The notes under the pieces were generated by a model. It searched no databases, had not been told where the DNA came from, and saw nothing but the letters and a program-made list of their open reading frames with translations. A program made the translations under genes and the position numbers. A stretch of 64,000 nt of DNA from Lingula anatina (Eukaryota; Animalia; Brachiopoda). Location: positions 18,560,534 through 18,624,533 of the forward strand of contig CM120644.1 in the NCBI GenBank assembly GCA_051362555.1, in the 5' to 3' direction. Below, one piece after another: positions 24,363 to 37,409 of the stretch. How positions within the stretch are numbered: the stretch's first letter is position 1; every line of letters starts with the position of its first letter.

Positions 24363-26879
24363 AAATATTCTTCAATCGGTGTTGGCTACAAACTTCCCTT
24401 TTCACTATTTCCCTGATGTAGATGTCAACAGCTTTATATAGTTATCCACTCTTTTTCATTTTTAAAATTGTCAATTTATATTACTGTCTTTGGGGGGGGG
24501 GGTTCGAAAGAACCACCCTTTTTGCTGGGAAAAGGTCCACTCTGGGTACAATTTGATCTATGTACTTGAGGATTTTATGGTAAAAGGTCCACTTTTTCAG
24601 AAAACGACCCCCCCCCTTCTAAAATTGCTGGCTACGGGCCTGATTACCGTAAAAGACTACACAGTGTATTTATCACAAGCACTAGGGCTGTATTACATTA
24701 ACAAACCATGGTGTCCTGTAAACTACACACACAAAATTTACTTATTAATATGCACTCGACCGTTGATGATACGGTCTATACGGTGATGCCATGAAGCTAG
24801 TGACGTATCGGGTGCGAGTTGTCTGCAGTTGGTCCCTTTCTTCCTACAAAATACTGCGACCTGATATGTCGGCACTTAGTCCTTTTAATCTGATCAAGCC
24901 CAACTTCTCTTTCTTTACTTCACTTCTCTCGCCAGTCGTGTCCGTCATCCATGGTCATTTTCCTGGTTTTATTGCTTAGCTTTAACTGCAATGCACCCTA
25001 CGACACAACATTGGCAATTCGCCATTGCGTTGCTCTATCTCAAATTACATGACAACGCCAAATTTTACTCAGTGCAATCCTATAACATAGACTTGTGCCC
25101 GACCGCGAGAGAAGTTTCATTGGCAGATTTTAACCCCACCTCTCGTGAAATCTCGCTCCAATCCAGGTCTCGTTTGACGTCATCTACTGCGCAGATGTTC
25201 AAAATAGGCTATCTCGGACCGTCCCTATACAGTTGATATCTATGCGAGAGCCTTGTTTTATTTTCACAAATCCACAATTTTTAATCTGATCGGTTTATTG
25301 ATAGCTGAAACAAACAGCGCATTCCGTTTGTATCCCACCATTTCGGCTGAATTAGTAAATGCGCTTTGAGTTAATCAATACTTGTTTCCTGTTTTTACAA
25401 ACATTTCTATTTTCATTTACTCATTTTTTAAAATCACTTTTCAATTTAGACCAAAGACAGCGACACGGAGATTTCTATCGATGGGGACACAGCAACTAAG
25501 CGGTGAGACTTAACGCTGCTCATCTCATCATGAAAGTATTTCTGCTTTTTATTGAACTTATTAGATCTTCTGCGATAAAACATCTCACTAATATGAAACA
25601 GCATCTAAAACATATACATCAGCATGTAGATAAATATTCTCTACAAATAAAAACAAACAACAGTCTTCTCTTATTGATTACGGAAGTGCTTTTGATATAC
25701 TCTTGTTTCCAACCATTTACTAGTAAAAAAATACACACAGGTTGCCTTTGGATCAAAAATCGTTTTATGATAAATTTGTATTTTCCCCGAAGGCCTGATT
25801 CCACAACCTCTAGTGAAAGAGCAGCTTGTATGAAAGCGATGGAGGAACTGCGCTCTTTTGAGGAAAAGAAAAAGGAAGAGAAAAGGGAAGAGAAGAAACC
25901 AAAATCAAGATGGCAAACCTTCAAGGCAATGCTCTGCTGTTGTGCTTCCAAGGTAAGATGTTGTGATTTCTTTGCTGTATATTAAATCTTTTCTACAGCA
26001 AAGAAATCACAAGATTACAATGTAACTATTTTTTGTCAATAAGACCGCATTTCGCTCATTGCATTTATTTATGGATATATGAAAATTACCAGACATTCAG
26101 TTGAGCTATATATATATACATGACACGACAAAATTGGCCCATTCTGCACGGGAAAAGCAAATTTTTCTATGGATTTAACATTGTCCATATTTAGAATGAT
26201 GAACAGATATGAATTTACTTGTTAATCTTTATATTTTTACATGAGCCTTGTGAAAACTCAATTTGCAACAAACACCAGTGAGAATCGCGGTGACCAGAGC
26301 AGATTTACATGTAGGTAGTAGGTTAAATTTCTTCTAAAAAATTTAAAGAAATGGCCAGTCTTAAGCTCTTTTATGGCTGAATCGAGTGATCTATTCAGTT
26401 TATCCCTTGGCATGTCGACTTAATTTGAGTCGTATAAGAAACTGGTAGAAGTGGTTTACATGTGTTACTGGGAATCCACGCTCCACCGGTGCTTGTTTAA
26501 TACTGGGTATGTACCATAAACAGTAAGACGGTGATAATGTAAGGATGACGAATCCTAGAGTATCTTTGTCTGTATGAGAATTTTGCCATATATTTTGTAT
26601 TAGAATTTTACCCTACATTTTGCCATATTTGCCATTCTCTGATTTTGAGAACTCACATATCTATAACATTTTGTTAGGATCAATGCCTTTCTATTGTGTT
26701 CTATTAACACATATTTTTTTATATGGGGGCATGATTATATATTTCTTGGGGGGGGGGGGGATTGTCCTGGGGGGAATTGTCCGGGGGGAATCCCACTCAA
26801 CCAAGCATTCCAGCTCGCCAGAGACAGAAAACTCCAACTCTTTCTCCCCTCGATCCCCTAAAGTATACAAGAAGGATAA

Positions 26880-26963
<84 letters not shown>

Positions 26964-27057
26964 CTTGGGGGGAATTGTCCGGGGTAATTGTCCTAGAATC
27001 ATAGCATTAACATTTTTCTCATTTTTCTGTTAGACAGTGCATGGTCCAAGGAAGTAA
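23530..27057 (+). CDS. Uncharacterized ~139-aa protein (basic N-terminus, E/K-rich helix, C-terminal CCC cluster)
   Basis: join(23530..23712,25450..25502,25793..25952,27034..27057), phases 0/2/0 all compatible. MDVGESGVGRFGRIQIRVRQSAARVVSSIRRRSGRISVK...AEKK|TKDSDTEISIDGDTATKR|PDSTTSSERAACMKAMEELRSFEEKKKEEKREEKKPKSRWQTFKAMLCCCASK|TVHGPRK*. Last exon uncertain: an alternative donor at 27054 spliced to 28890 gives ...PRKVTT*. Confidence 0.65.
26882..26961. repeat. (AT)n microsatellite
   Basis: ~40 AT units. Confidence 0.95.
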
Positions 27058-27856
27058 GGAGAAGTAGGAATAGTATTGGTTTGCTATTATTGTGGGTAGA
27101 TATAATGATTTTTGTACACGGCGTTAATAATACTCCAGTGGCGTGTGTAAAAGGATAGCATACGAACGCTTACAATAAATGTTTTCCGCTTAACATACAT
27201 TCCTTTTTTAACAAGTCCACATTTTGCGTTTTAAGTGTACTTTCAGTTGCAGAGCAAATTCCCGTTGTAGTGTTCAACAGAGCATGCCTACGACCATCCT
27301 CGGGCCGTCTTCCATTCGGGTTCTACGATGTGTTCACGCCAGCGTGGAGTGACAGCTGAGGGTGTTCCACCTACGGGGGCATCGTCCTTTTCCATCCTTC
27401 GAGTCATCTGTGATCTATGCATTGCGCGGGCGGCCTGCACTCTCCAACTGATTATTGTTGTCAGCGTTGGATTTCCTCATAGCGATTTACTAGTAAATAT
27501 TTTGACCAGGAATTTGGAAAGTAGTATTAAGGCGTTATCCCACCTAAATGTTTACAACGTTGTCCGTATTTCGAGTCTGTTTGTAATTTTATTCATTGCT
27601 CAAATTTGCGCGGTTCCAGACATTATGTATTGGCGTACATTTGGGATTTTGGCGCTTTGCCATGGATGGATTCTAGGTTACATTTACTCATCAATGGACC
27701 GGATTCAGTTGAGTTTTTTCAATGAACTATAACTGCAATGACCCGGGCACAGAGAGTGTCATACATGTATAGTTGACGAGGGCATAGAATGCGTTCAGTG
27801 TTTTCAGTGACATAAAATCTGTCCTATGTGGACGATTGTTTTACCTCATGTTCATG

Positions 27857-28081
27857 CAGGGGCGAATCCAACATTATTTAAAGGGGGTCTGCGGATGCCA
27901 AGCCGACCCCCCTCCTTGGCGTGGGGTTCGGGTCCGCTGAAAGGCCTCGAAAATTTTGGGATATTAGAGGGGGAGCGGAGAACTATGATTCAGCTAGTCA
28001 AAATTGTAATTTCAAGAGCGGACCAATGGTGTGATTTTTTCCAGAAATCAAAGGAGGCGTCAAGCCCCCCCCCCCCCCCCG

Positions 28082-28116
<35 letters not shown>

Positions 28117-28126
28117 AGCCGCCACT
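27857..28126. mobile_element. hAT-like MITE
   Basis: CAGGGGCGAATCC...GCCGCCACTG with the family core GATTCAGCTAGTCAAAATT. Confidence 0.7.
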
Positions 28127-28480
28127 GTCTACATGTACGTTAAGGAGGAATTCACGTAAATGATGTACCTGGGTGCCCGTTATATAAGTGTGAAAGATAC
28201 TTTGGGCTCTTTACCAATTTGTACATATCATTTCCCCACATCATAATGTATAATCAGGCCTCGAGAATACATATAAATTTTGAGAGAAAATTGGATATAA
28301 TTTTACATTAATGGAATAAAAGCATCTTGGAAATATACCCTCTACGATGAAATAGCTCTGTTCCGTGAAAACGAGAGATACCTGTCGTACCTGATGAGTG
28401 TTTTTATTAATCGCTGTATTAATAACTAAAGGTCAAAACTGTAAAACAAAGCAAAACCACTACCTCTATCTTGGCTTCAA

Positions 28481-28705
28481 GGGTGCATTCCCAGAGATTT
28501 AGATCGATCCAGAGATTTAGATTCAGATCGACCTAACTCCCTGGGGGTTCACGCTAAATTGCAGTCAGCCGAGCGCGCACCATAGTTAATTAACCCCTTA
28601 CAGCTGTTAGTAGGCGGGACAGACGCTTAAGCCAGATAAGCTGACAGTAATCTAGTGAGACTCCCCACAGGGATAGATCGATCTAAAATCTATGGGAATG
28701 GGGTC
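28481..28705. mobile_element. Hairpin MITE (AGATCGATC family)
   Basis: CATTCCCAGAGATTTAGATCGATC / GATCGATCTAAAATCTATGGGAATG arms. Relatives at 56542-56771 and in the SHFL introns. Confidence 0.75.
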
Positions 28706-30394
28706 TTAGTGAGGCTTGTTATCCGCCCTTCATAACCACGATAGCTTTTGCAAATGGTGTATTATGGGGTTTGAAGCTGGTCTCTTACATTTCTGTATAA
28801 CATGATTCAATACATTTTCCATTAAATAATTTAGATTATATTTCGGTAAAAGCATTTGCATTATTAAAAACAAATACTGCCTTTTACAGAGTGACAACTT
28901 GAAGGACTGTGCAATGGATGGCAGTAATTTTTTAATGAAATGAGAATTCTAAACCGGTTTAAACCCCCTTTACGCTGGGCGGCGTCCTTTCTGCGACCTT
29001 GAAACTGGCATAGATGTGGTCGTAGACAGGAGGTACAAGCATCGCTTTAGTTGCAGAAGAATGCTCAATAATCACGTAAAGTATTTTTTAAATCTCAAAC
29101 GGGGCCATTGTACGGAACGCAGAAAGGAAGCCGTTCAGTGTAAAGGGGGCTTTACGTGTATCGCTGATAAAAAAATTATACTAGGATGCCACGGAGTATC
29201 TTCGTTATTCGTAAATGTATTTATTTAAGAAAAAATAAGGTAAGATTAGATAAGAGTTTATTAGAAATAGATCATGGATAAAAAGCATTTGAGAACCTTT
29301 TGGATCCTTTAAGGGTCAAAAGTCTACAGTAAGCGACACTTAATTTAAGAAGGGAGATGAAGACCAATGATTTTACTACACGTCAGTGAGCTGTTGAATT
29401 CTAAGGTGTAAAATGCTTTAGAATAGATAAAACGACAAGGAAAAATCTCCCTTTGTTAATCTACATTTGCAGGTCTTACAGGACCCGGTGTAACGTGACA
29501 GAGAGTCCCCTATGATAGAGAGTCCGCTTCCCATTCATTCGCACAGGTGAGGTTCGCCCTGGATTTTGACCCACTTCGTCAGGCTAACCCTAACCATTAT
29601 TACTAAATGGAGGGCGGACTTTCTGTACACCGAAAGTCTGGCACAACTAACATATCGGGTGAGCAATGGATCACATTCATTAAAGGGATAATAACTCTTC
29701 GTATGAGGTCTATATTTCACAATAAAAGCATTGTGAATAACTCATAGAAATATAATATATTCTGTTTTATGACAAAAACAGCAGTTATAGCCATTATTCG
29801 GATATCTGAGCTTGTCTTCAGACCACGTGACCTCCATTGATGGCTATACTCTGTTATAATCTCTTAAGAGATTTTAACAAAAACCCAAACTTTTTAGAAA
29901 AAAAAAAAACAGGGACTAACTTTGAATATAAAAATGGATTCATTAACCATTGGTAAGTATGGGAAAATTGTTGTGTACTCCAGGAAAATTCAATTTTGGC
30001 CAAAACGTAGAGTTATTATACCTTTAAACGTATCAATCACAGTCTAAGGCCGAGTTCAATATTTTGATCACTTTCTACATATTGGACGAAAATATTTTGC
30101 TTACAAAGAATGTAATTCTACTATCATTTGCGCATTATATAAAATAAAGGTTATGTTGCAATCTAAGACTGTAATCTTAGATCGATCTACGTATGGGAAC
30201 CCAGTCTACTTCGCACCATCACATACGATTCGCTATTGATTGACTGCAATGCAGCATGTCCATAAAAGAAACAATATGCACATGTAAATTTACAATTCTT
30301 AAAGCTAAAAATACTACTCGCGGGTTATGCAAATTATGCCGCTTCCACACTTCTTTTTAAACATAAAACAATACTTGACCGATCTTTAAGATTT

Positions 30395-33300
30395 TTAGAT
30401 AAGAGTTGTTTCGACTGTCGCAAGAGCTAGGACTTTACTCAGTGGAAGTTTGACGTCATGATGCACATACATCCGCGTGCTTGAGGCATACCGCTGTTTC
30501 AAAGTTTCTTTGTTTTTCTCCAGTAACTCGTTGGTCATGTCGTTTTCCATTGGTGAGAACATATCTACTTTGTCCCCAAAGGAAGCATTGTTAATTAATT
30601 TAGCCAACAACGCTTTCAAAATATCTGCCGATTCGCCATAAACGGGGCCAAGGAAATTTCCTTCATCGCTCTTTTGAATGACGCCATACCCGACAATGTC
30701 GTCTGCGTCCGGTTTCGTTGCCACCAAGGTCAAGGTCGAATTTTTTTCTAACCAAACTTTCAAGAATTTTCTTCGTTCAATTGAGTGGATTGTGGTGTCG
30801 TATTCTACTAAGCGATCAAATAATTCCTCGTGGAAAGGGACGATAGAAAATCCTACATTTTCTGAAAGCTGAAGGGACGTTGTATCTATGATTCCGCTGA
30901 TATGGCCTATCTTCCATGATTTGACGGAGTATCCCAACTTCAGGTTCGGCTCCACTCGGGAGGCCACGGAATTGATGCCAAAGTTTCTGTCTCCAACGTG
31001 TTCCTTTCTCTTTTCCCACAGCTTGGTGCCTGTCACAGCAATAAAGCAAACCAATGCCGGCAATAGAAGATAACTTCAATTATTATTTTGGCGTAACTTT
31101 GTAAGCCATGCATGTATAGTCTATTTCATATTTATAATGGCGATTCTTTAAAAAATATAGCATTACTCGAAGTCTAAGTAGACCAGAGTTGTTGGGCTTA
31201 AAATTAAGAACAAGTTTCGATTACAGTTCTTTTGAGAAATTGGTCTCAGGTATAAACGCACTAGAGAAGAACAACGTACCAATACGCTTTCCTCTAACTT
31301 CTTTACTAACAATCCATGCACCTCCAAATGCTTCGGTTTCACTCAAGTTGGCTCCCATTATAACACCTGAAATGAACAAAAAGGGCGCTCTGTAAAACCA
31401 CGACATGTGCCCAGTAATATTAAATAGATCATATTCAGTCACAACAAGGAAATGCAAAAATTACGGTGGCTGTGCAAAAAAAAAAAAAAAAAAAAAAAAA
31501 ATGCATGCACGTTTCACCAATACGGAATTGTTATACCCTTTTTCTGAGACCAGTTGCATCGTTCTTTTCCATCCTTAGAGTCATTTGTGATCTATGCAAA
31601 ACACTCATCCCATCATGACGATGACCAATTATATATATATATATATATAATATAATATAATATAATATAATATAATATAATATAATACGGTATGTGGCGT
31701 ACAATATCCGTGCTAAAATAGGTGTGTCTGTCAAAACAGTTTGTATGGTGATTAACAAGAACGAAAAACAGCAAAATAAGAGTTTGACCAGAAAAGTTGT
31801 ATTTCAAAGCATATTTAAGTATCATGAATGAATTTAGAAGTAACCTGCGGGCTGTGGCCCTGTCATCCTGGAAAGTAAACGGGTACACATGTAGTTGCAA
31901 TCTCCGAAAAATTCTTAAATGACATAAGGAGGTTTTCTACCTACGTTCGATGTTACCTTTAACTAAAATCATTCCCCCAATGCCAAATGGTCATTTCCCC
32001 ATACTTCCCTGTAATCAGTCCATAAGTATTTGTATAGATTTGTATAGTTGTTATAAAGTTGTTATGATTAGAGTAGATAGCCTGTAAAATGTAACGTGTA
32101 CACATTTTAGTAATCAATAAAGATTATCATTATTAAAATTTGTTTGGAACATCACACCTGGTGGTAAAGAGAGATTTTATGAAATAAGTCGACCTCGTCA
32201 GTATATTAATTGTCCACGAAAAATACCGAACCTGGATTATTCTGAAAAGGTCACGTGCGTCAATCATTCTCTGATTTCCCAACTTTACTCTTATCTCTTG
32301 TTCATTACTGATCAATGATATGGGTCACTTTTGTTTGATGGTTCCACTGCGGATATAAAACAGCATTATTTCTCTTATAACTGTTCTGGCAGAGCCAGTT
32401 TCCCATTGTTTATGGCCTCTGGTGCCAATGGATCTTTTTATTGCTTTCAATTTTAAAGTTTTGACGTAGAAGTCTTCCCTGCGTTGCGAGTAAAATAAAA
32501 CGGCCGTCATGTCTCCTTGTTGTTCCTTTTTGTTGTACGTCACTAAAAGACATCTTTGCATCCGCGCCCCCCCCCCCCCCCCCCCTCTTCAAATAATCCT
32601 GAATCCGCCCCTGGATATGCCCTGTGCTCGTGCCCGCCCCGCACCCGTTGATTTATAAACTCGCGTGTCGTCACCATACCACAAACTACACTCCCATCAG
32701 TGAATCATCCTTGTGCAAAAAAGCAGCCTTTTTCGTCTAATATAAGTCAATATAATCACTAATATCGTGGCCTTATGTCCCACACGGGACGAAGAGCACT
32801 GAATCACTAATATCCTTAGGAGAAATCGACAATCAAATGACGAATGCGCTGCCCTCCATGTCTGACTATGGGACTTCTCGGCCAATGTTGAAATATTTTT
32901 GACTGTTCTTTATTTATCCTGACTATATGTTTGTGATAAAACACTATCATCTCACCAAATTTATGCCAAAATATCCGCGAGAGGAGTTTAAGTCATACAG
33001 AATGTACTTCAAAACCGAATAAAACGTATAATGCCACGCTCACATAGCTTCTTTAAGTATGTATCTATTGAGAAAACAGCGATCAAGAAACATTTACGAG
33101 TTGCAAATGCCTACATTTGTCTATATTTACTGTTACGAGTGAAATGACTTCCTATCTACAGTCTTTGTCTCCATTACGATAAGAACTATAAATATGCTTT
33201 TGTAAATCGCTGTTTTGTCAACGGGGTTTAAATATGGTGGACAGGGTGTTATAAAAAGGGATGAATGCCATCACTTCCAGAACATTATCTACTTTGTAAT

Positions 33301-36300
33301 CTAAGAGCGCATTCTCAACGAATTAAGCCAGGCTTTACAAAGCCAGTGACCTAAAAATGGCGGACGTACATGAAAGAAAAACCGCCTAATCTTTTAATAG
33401 TCTCTCCGCCTCCCCACACGTCGTCCCTGCGGGGTACAGTAATTAAATCTCGGCTCCGTTCGCCATGCGGAAGCTACCTGAGAAATATTAAGTGCGCATG
33501 CTCATCAGTTAAACTCGTGGTGAAGAAGGCATGGCGGCTGAAGGCGATCGAAGGAAAAAAGCTCTTCTGTTCTATTATCTTTGAAAACAGAGACGAAAAA
33601 GGAATAATTGGCCCGTAGAGCAGCAATGAATCGACTATCTACGGAGATAATATCACCAGAGATATTCACGGAAATATTAATGTTCGGAGCCGAGATTTAA
33701 TTACTGTACCCCGCAGGGACGACGTGTGGGGAGGCGTGTGAGAGGCGGAGAGACTATTAAAAGATTAGGCGGTTTTTCTTTCATGTACGTCCGCCATTTT
33801 TAGGTCACCGGCGTTGTAAAGCCTGGCTTAGTTCATTAGAGCGCATTCTCAACGAATTAAGCCAGGCTTTACAAAGCCGGTGACCTGAAAATGGCGGACG
33901 TACATGAAAGAAAAACCGCCTAATCTTTTAATAGTCTCTCCGCCTCTCACACGCCTCCCCACACGTCGTCCCTGCGGGGTATAGTAATTAAATCTCGGCT
34001 CCGAACATTAATATTTCCGTGAATATCCCTGGTGATATTATCTCCGTAGATAGTCGATTCATTGCTGCTCTACGGGCCAAATTATTCCTTTTTCGTCTCT
34101 GTTTTCAAAGATAATAGAACAGAAGAGCTTTTTTCCTTCGATCGCCTTCAGCCGCCATGCTTTCTTCACCAAGAGTTTAACTGATGAGCATGCGCACTTA
34201 ATATTTCTCAGGTAGCTTCCGCATGGCGAACGGAGCCGAGATTTAATTACTGTACCCCGCAGGGACGACGTGTGGGGAGGCGGAGAGACTATTAAAAGAT
34301 TAGGCGGTTTTTCTTTCATGTACGTCCGCCATTTTTAGGTCACCGGCTTTGTAAAGCCTGGCTTAATTCGTTGAGAATGCGCTCTAAGGACCTAATTTTG
34401 AGCCTTGTAACCTACATTACTTTCCCGTATCTATCTCTGGACAATACTGTATGAAGCCATTACTCTTGGTAATTGCTTTTGACTGGGAACGTACATTATT
34501 GAACAGAAGATCAATATTGTATTCCCCTGTGAATGTATCTCGGTGAAACAAATGAAATGTTTTAGATCACGTCGCTAGTAAATTGTGCTACTACAGAACC
34601 TCCAAAATGGATAAATGGCCAAATGAAAAAAAAATAAATAAAAGAAGATAAATGTGAAATAAATAGTATAAAAGAATAAGTGATTATAGATTTAGGTACA
34701 ACCCCGTGCTACACTTTTTATGTAGCCTTAAATTGTAAAACTATTATCAACCGACAAACTCTATTCTCGTTATCGTTGGCTTAAACGGTAAAGGCCTGTA
34801 TTAGATTGCTTTGATGGGTTTTTAAATAAATAAAAAGTGCGGAATCGGGTGCATATATTTACACGTACCCATATTGGACGCCGCAGGCTGTTTGTCAGTA
34901 CCCAAAACCAGGGGAATTCACCGACGGCTTCTTTTCCGCCTGAAGCTCCATAATAACTCAATAAAAGCAACAAAGGGCTTACAGAGCAATAGGGTGATGT
35001 TTAAGTATCGATGAGCAACGATATGGATTATAACCAACAGAATGCAGCTGCCCTTGTCTGTACGATGCTCTCCGGGGTTCATGTCAATTATTCTGGTATA
35101 CTTATACATGTGCTAGAGTAATAGTGTGGTTCTTTGTGTGTGTGTGGGGGGGGGGGGGGGGGAGAGATCGGGGAGGGCAAAGATGTGAAAGGGGGATCAT
35201 AAGTGTGACTGAAAAAATGCATTAATTTTCGCGTGTATTCGGTCGCACTCAAAACGAAGTGAAAAGGCTTTCAGTAGCAGAGAAAAGATCCGCTCTGGGT
35301 AAAAAATTGATCTAGATTCACGAAGGTTTCGTGGTACATGTAAAAGGTCCAATTGTCTGAAAAAAATTGCTGGCTACGAGGCCTGCTGAAAATATGCTTC
35401 GTTTTGTGGAATGGTAGTCCGCTAAGAACCGTTGTCCGTTCCCCGTTACTTTGTACAGGTGATATTCGTCCTATTTACTATCCCCAATACTCCGACTAAT
35501 CCCTTAACCTGTGCTAATCATGGAACCCCCGGCGTTCCATTCATAGGACTACCTCTCCTGTCAGACTGGCTCGTGATTTTAAAATAAAAAAAAATTACAC
35601 AGACTGTTATCATAACAATAAACAACATTTCACTTTCCCCCATTCAATACCATATGAACGTATTACTCTTGGTGGTTGCCTTTGACGAAAAAAAACATCA
35701 TGGAATAAGATCAATATGCCATTCCCCTGTGAGTGAATTAATCTTTGTGGAACAAATAAAGCGATTTAGATCATGTTGCTAGTAAAATGTGCCACTACCA
35801 GCACAAAGGCTTTGAACCGAAGGTTGACTCTATGAAAATTTAAAGAGCATGTTGATAAAAATTATGGAAGAAGTGTATGAATAAAATAAATAAAGTTCTC
35901 GTTACTGCATTGAAACTTACATGTAACAAAACTTAGGCTGAGCGTATATATAATAAATAGCAAATACATTTATAATTTATATTTCAACCACAGTGAAAAA
36001 GTATAAACTGGCAACAAACGATACATTTTTCTATTATCAATGTAAATACTCCCAACCACTGTGCAGTGGAGTTGATTGAAAACGATCTACAAAAAAATGA
36101 AGTCTCTTTTTTTAAGTGCAATATTGCTACCCTCCGATGTCACAGGAGCCTCTGAAATATAGTTCACACAATGATAAAATAATATTGTAGAGCAGACCCT
36201 GCGGGCAGAGGGTAGATCTACATTATTGCTGAGGTGTTATCTGAGCACCGATAAGCTACTAGTACTCTCTGACCACAGGGTTCGCTGGTGGTCTGATACA

Positions 36301-36732
36301 AAAATGTTGAAAAGCACTGTGATTTTGTAATATAGTATTTTAGTGGGCCCCTGACATCAGAGGGTACCGATAAGCCACGATATGCAGTGGCGGATTAAGC
36401 GGGGGTCCTGACTCTCTCCCCTTCGATTTCTGAAAAAATCACACCAATGATCCCCGCTTGAAATTAGAATTTTGACTAGCTGAATCATAGTTCTAACCCG
36501 TACCAAATGGCCCCGTTCGCCCTCCAAAATACCATAATTTTTCAGGGTCTTTAAGCGGCCCCCCAACCCCAAGCCAGGAGGGGGGGGTGTCGGCTTCGCA
36601 TCCGTGGACTCCCCCCCCCCCCCCCCCCCCCCCCCCACCACCACACACACACTTCAAATAATCCTTGATCCGCCCCTGGATATGGATTATTACGTTGCAA
36701 CTCCGTCCACTGTCGGGATGGTTTTAGTTGGG

Positions 36733-36768
<36 letters not shown>

Positions 36769-37168
36769 GTGTGTGTGTGTGTAGGCCTATCTGTATAAGG
36801 GGGTGTCATTCAGTGCGCAAGTCATTGTGACAGAGAGAACCAATGAGCGTGAGAAATAGGTAACCTAGGTTTCCAGCAAAAGCGTAGAAGTTCGCTCATG
36901 CACAAAACACACTGCACATCTTGCAACATGCTGCCATGCAAAAGCCTGCCTTCCACCACGGCCGCAGAAAAATATTGAACTTTTCTCCGGCGCGGTCCTA
37001 TCTCTTTTGACCAAATGGAAGCAGTTACATCTGGGTCATGTATAGAATTGTGTTATGAATTAAGCAAAGACATACCAGTATATGTGAATATCTAGTGAAA
37101 AATCAATCTGTGACCCTGGTAGAGAATGGCAAAACCCGGGTGTTAGTGAGAATGCCTTTTAAGGTCGA

Positions 37169-37207
<39 letters not shown>

Positions 37208-37409
37208 GAGAGAGAGAGAGAGAGAGAGACTTTCCCTTACCTACCACCTTATTCTCAAGCTCCGCAACAAACGAGCCGTCTTCGTTAGCCTGGAATAGCG
37301 CCCGCACCATCTCCATGCTATAATTCCACGACTCCAACTTAGTCAGCTGCCACACGGCCGCCACATCTTTAAGCTGCATCAGCCTTACAGTGACCGAATC
37401 CGCCGACAT
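30395..37409 (-). CDS. Tandem GNAT-domain N-acyltransferase (YitH / holothin acyltransferase HlmA-like), 296 aa
   Basis: complement(join(30395..31029,31280..31366,37241..37409)), 891 nt, both introns phase 1 with GT/AG. GNAT acetyl-CoA motif A (VSKEVRGKRIGTKLW) spans exons 2/3. Second GNAT-like half with IVGYGVIQ...FLGPVYGES. Confidence 0.9.
33305..34384. mobile_element. Two copies of a ~545-bp Tourist-like MITE in inverted tandem (1.08-kb palindrome)
   Basis: Copy A 33305-~33838 and copy B 33839-34384 in opposite orientation, each with ~155-165-bp TIRs starting GAGCGCATTCTCAACGAATTAAGCCAGGC. Whole unit flanked by TAA...TAA. Confidence 0.92.
36385..36678. mobile_element. hAT-like MITE
   Basis: CAGTGGCGGATT...GATCCGCCCCTG flanked by GATATG direct repeat. 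Confidence 0.75.

Noticed and set aside
26620-27033. ORFs with YIYIYI runs
   Set aside because: (AT)n microsatellite inside an intron.
33370-34319. Two near-identical convergent ORFs (MKEKPPNLL...)
   Set aside because: By-product of the MITE palindrome; they start inside the TIR and show no protein-like features.
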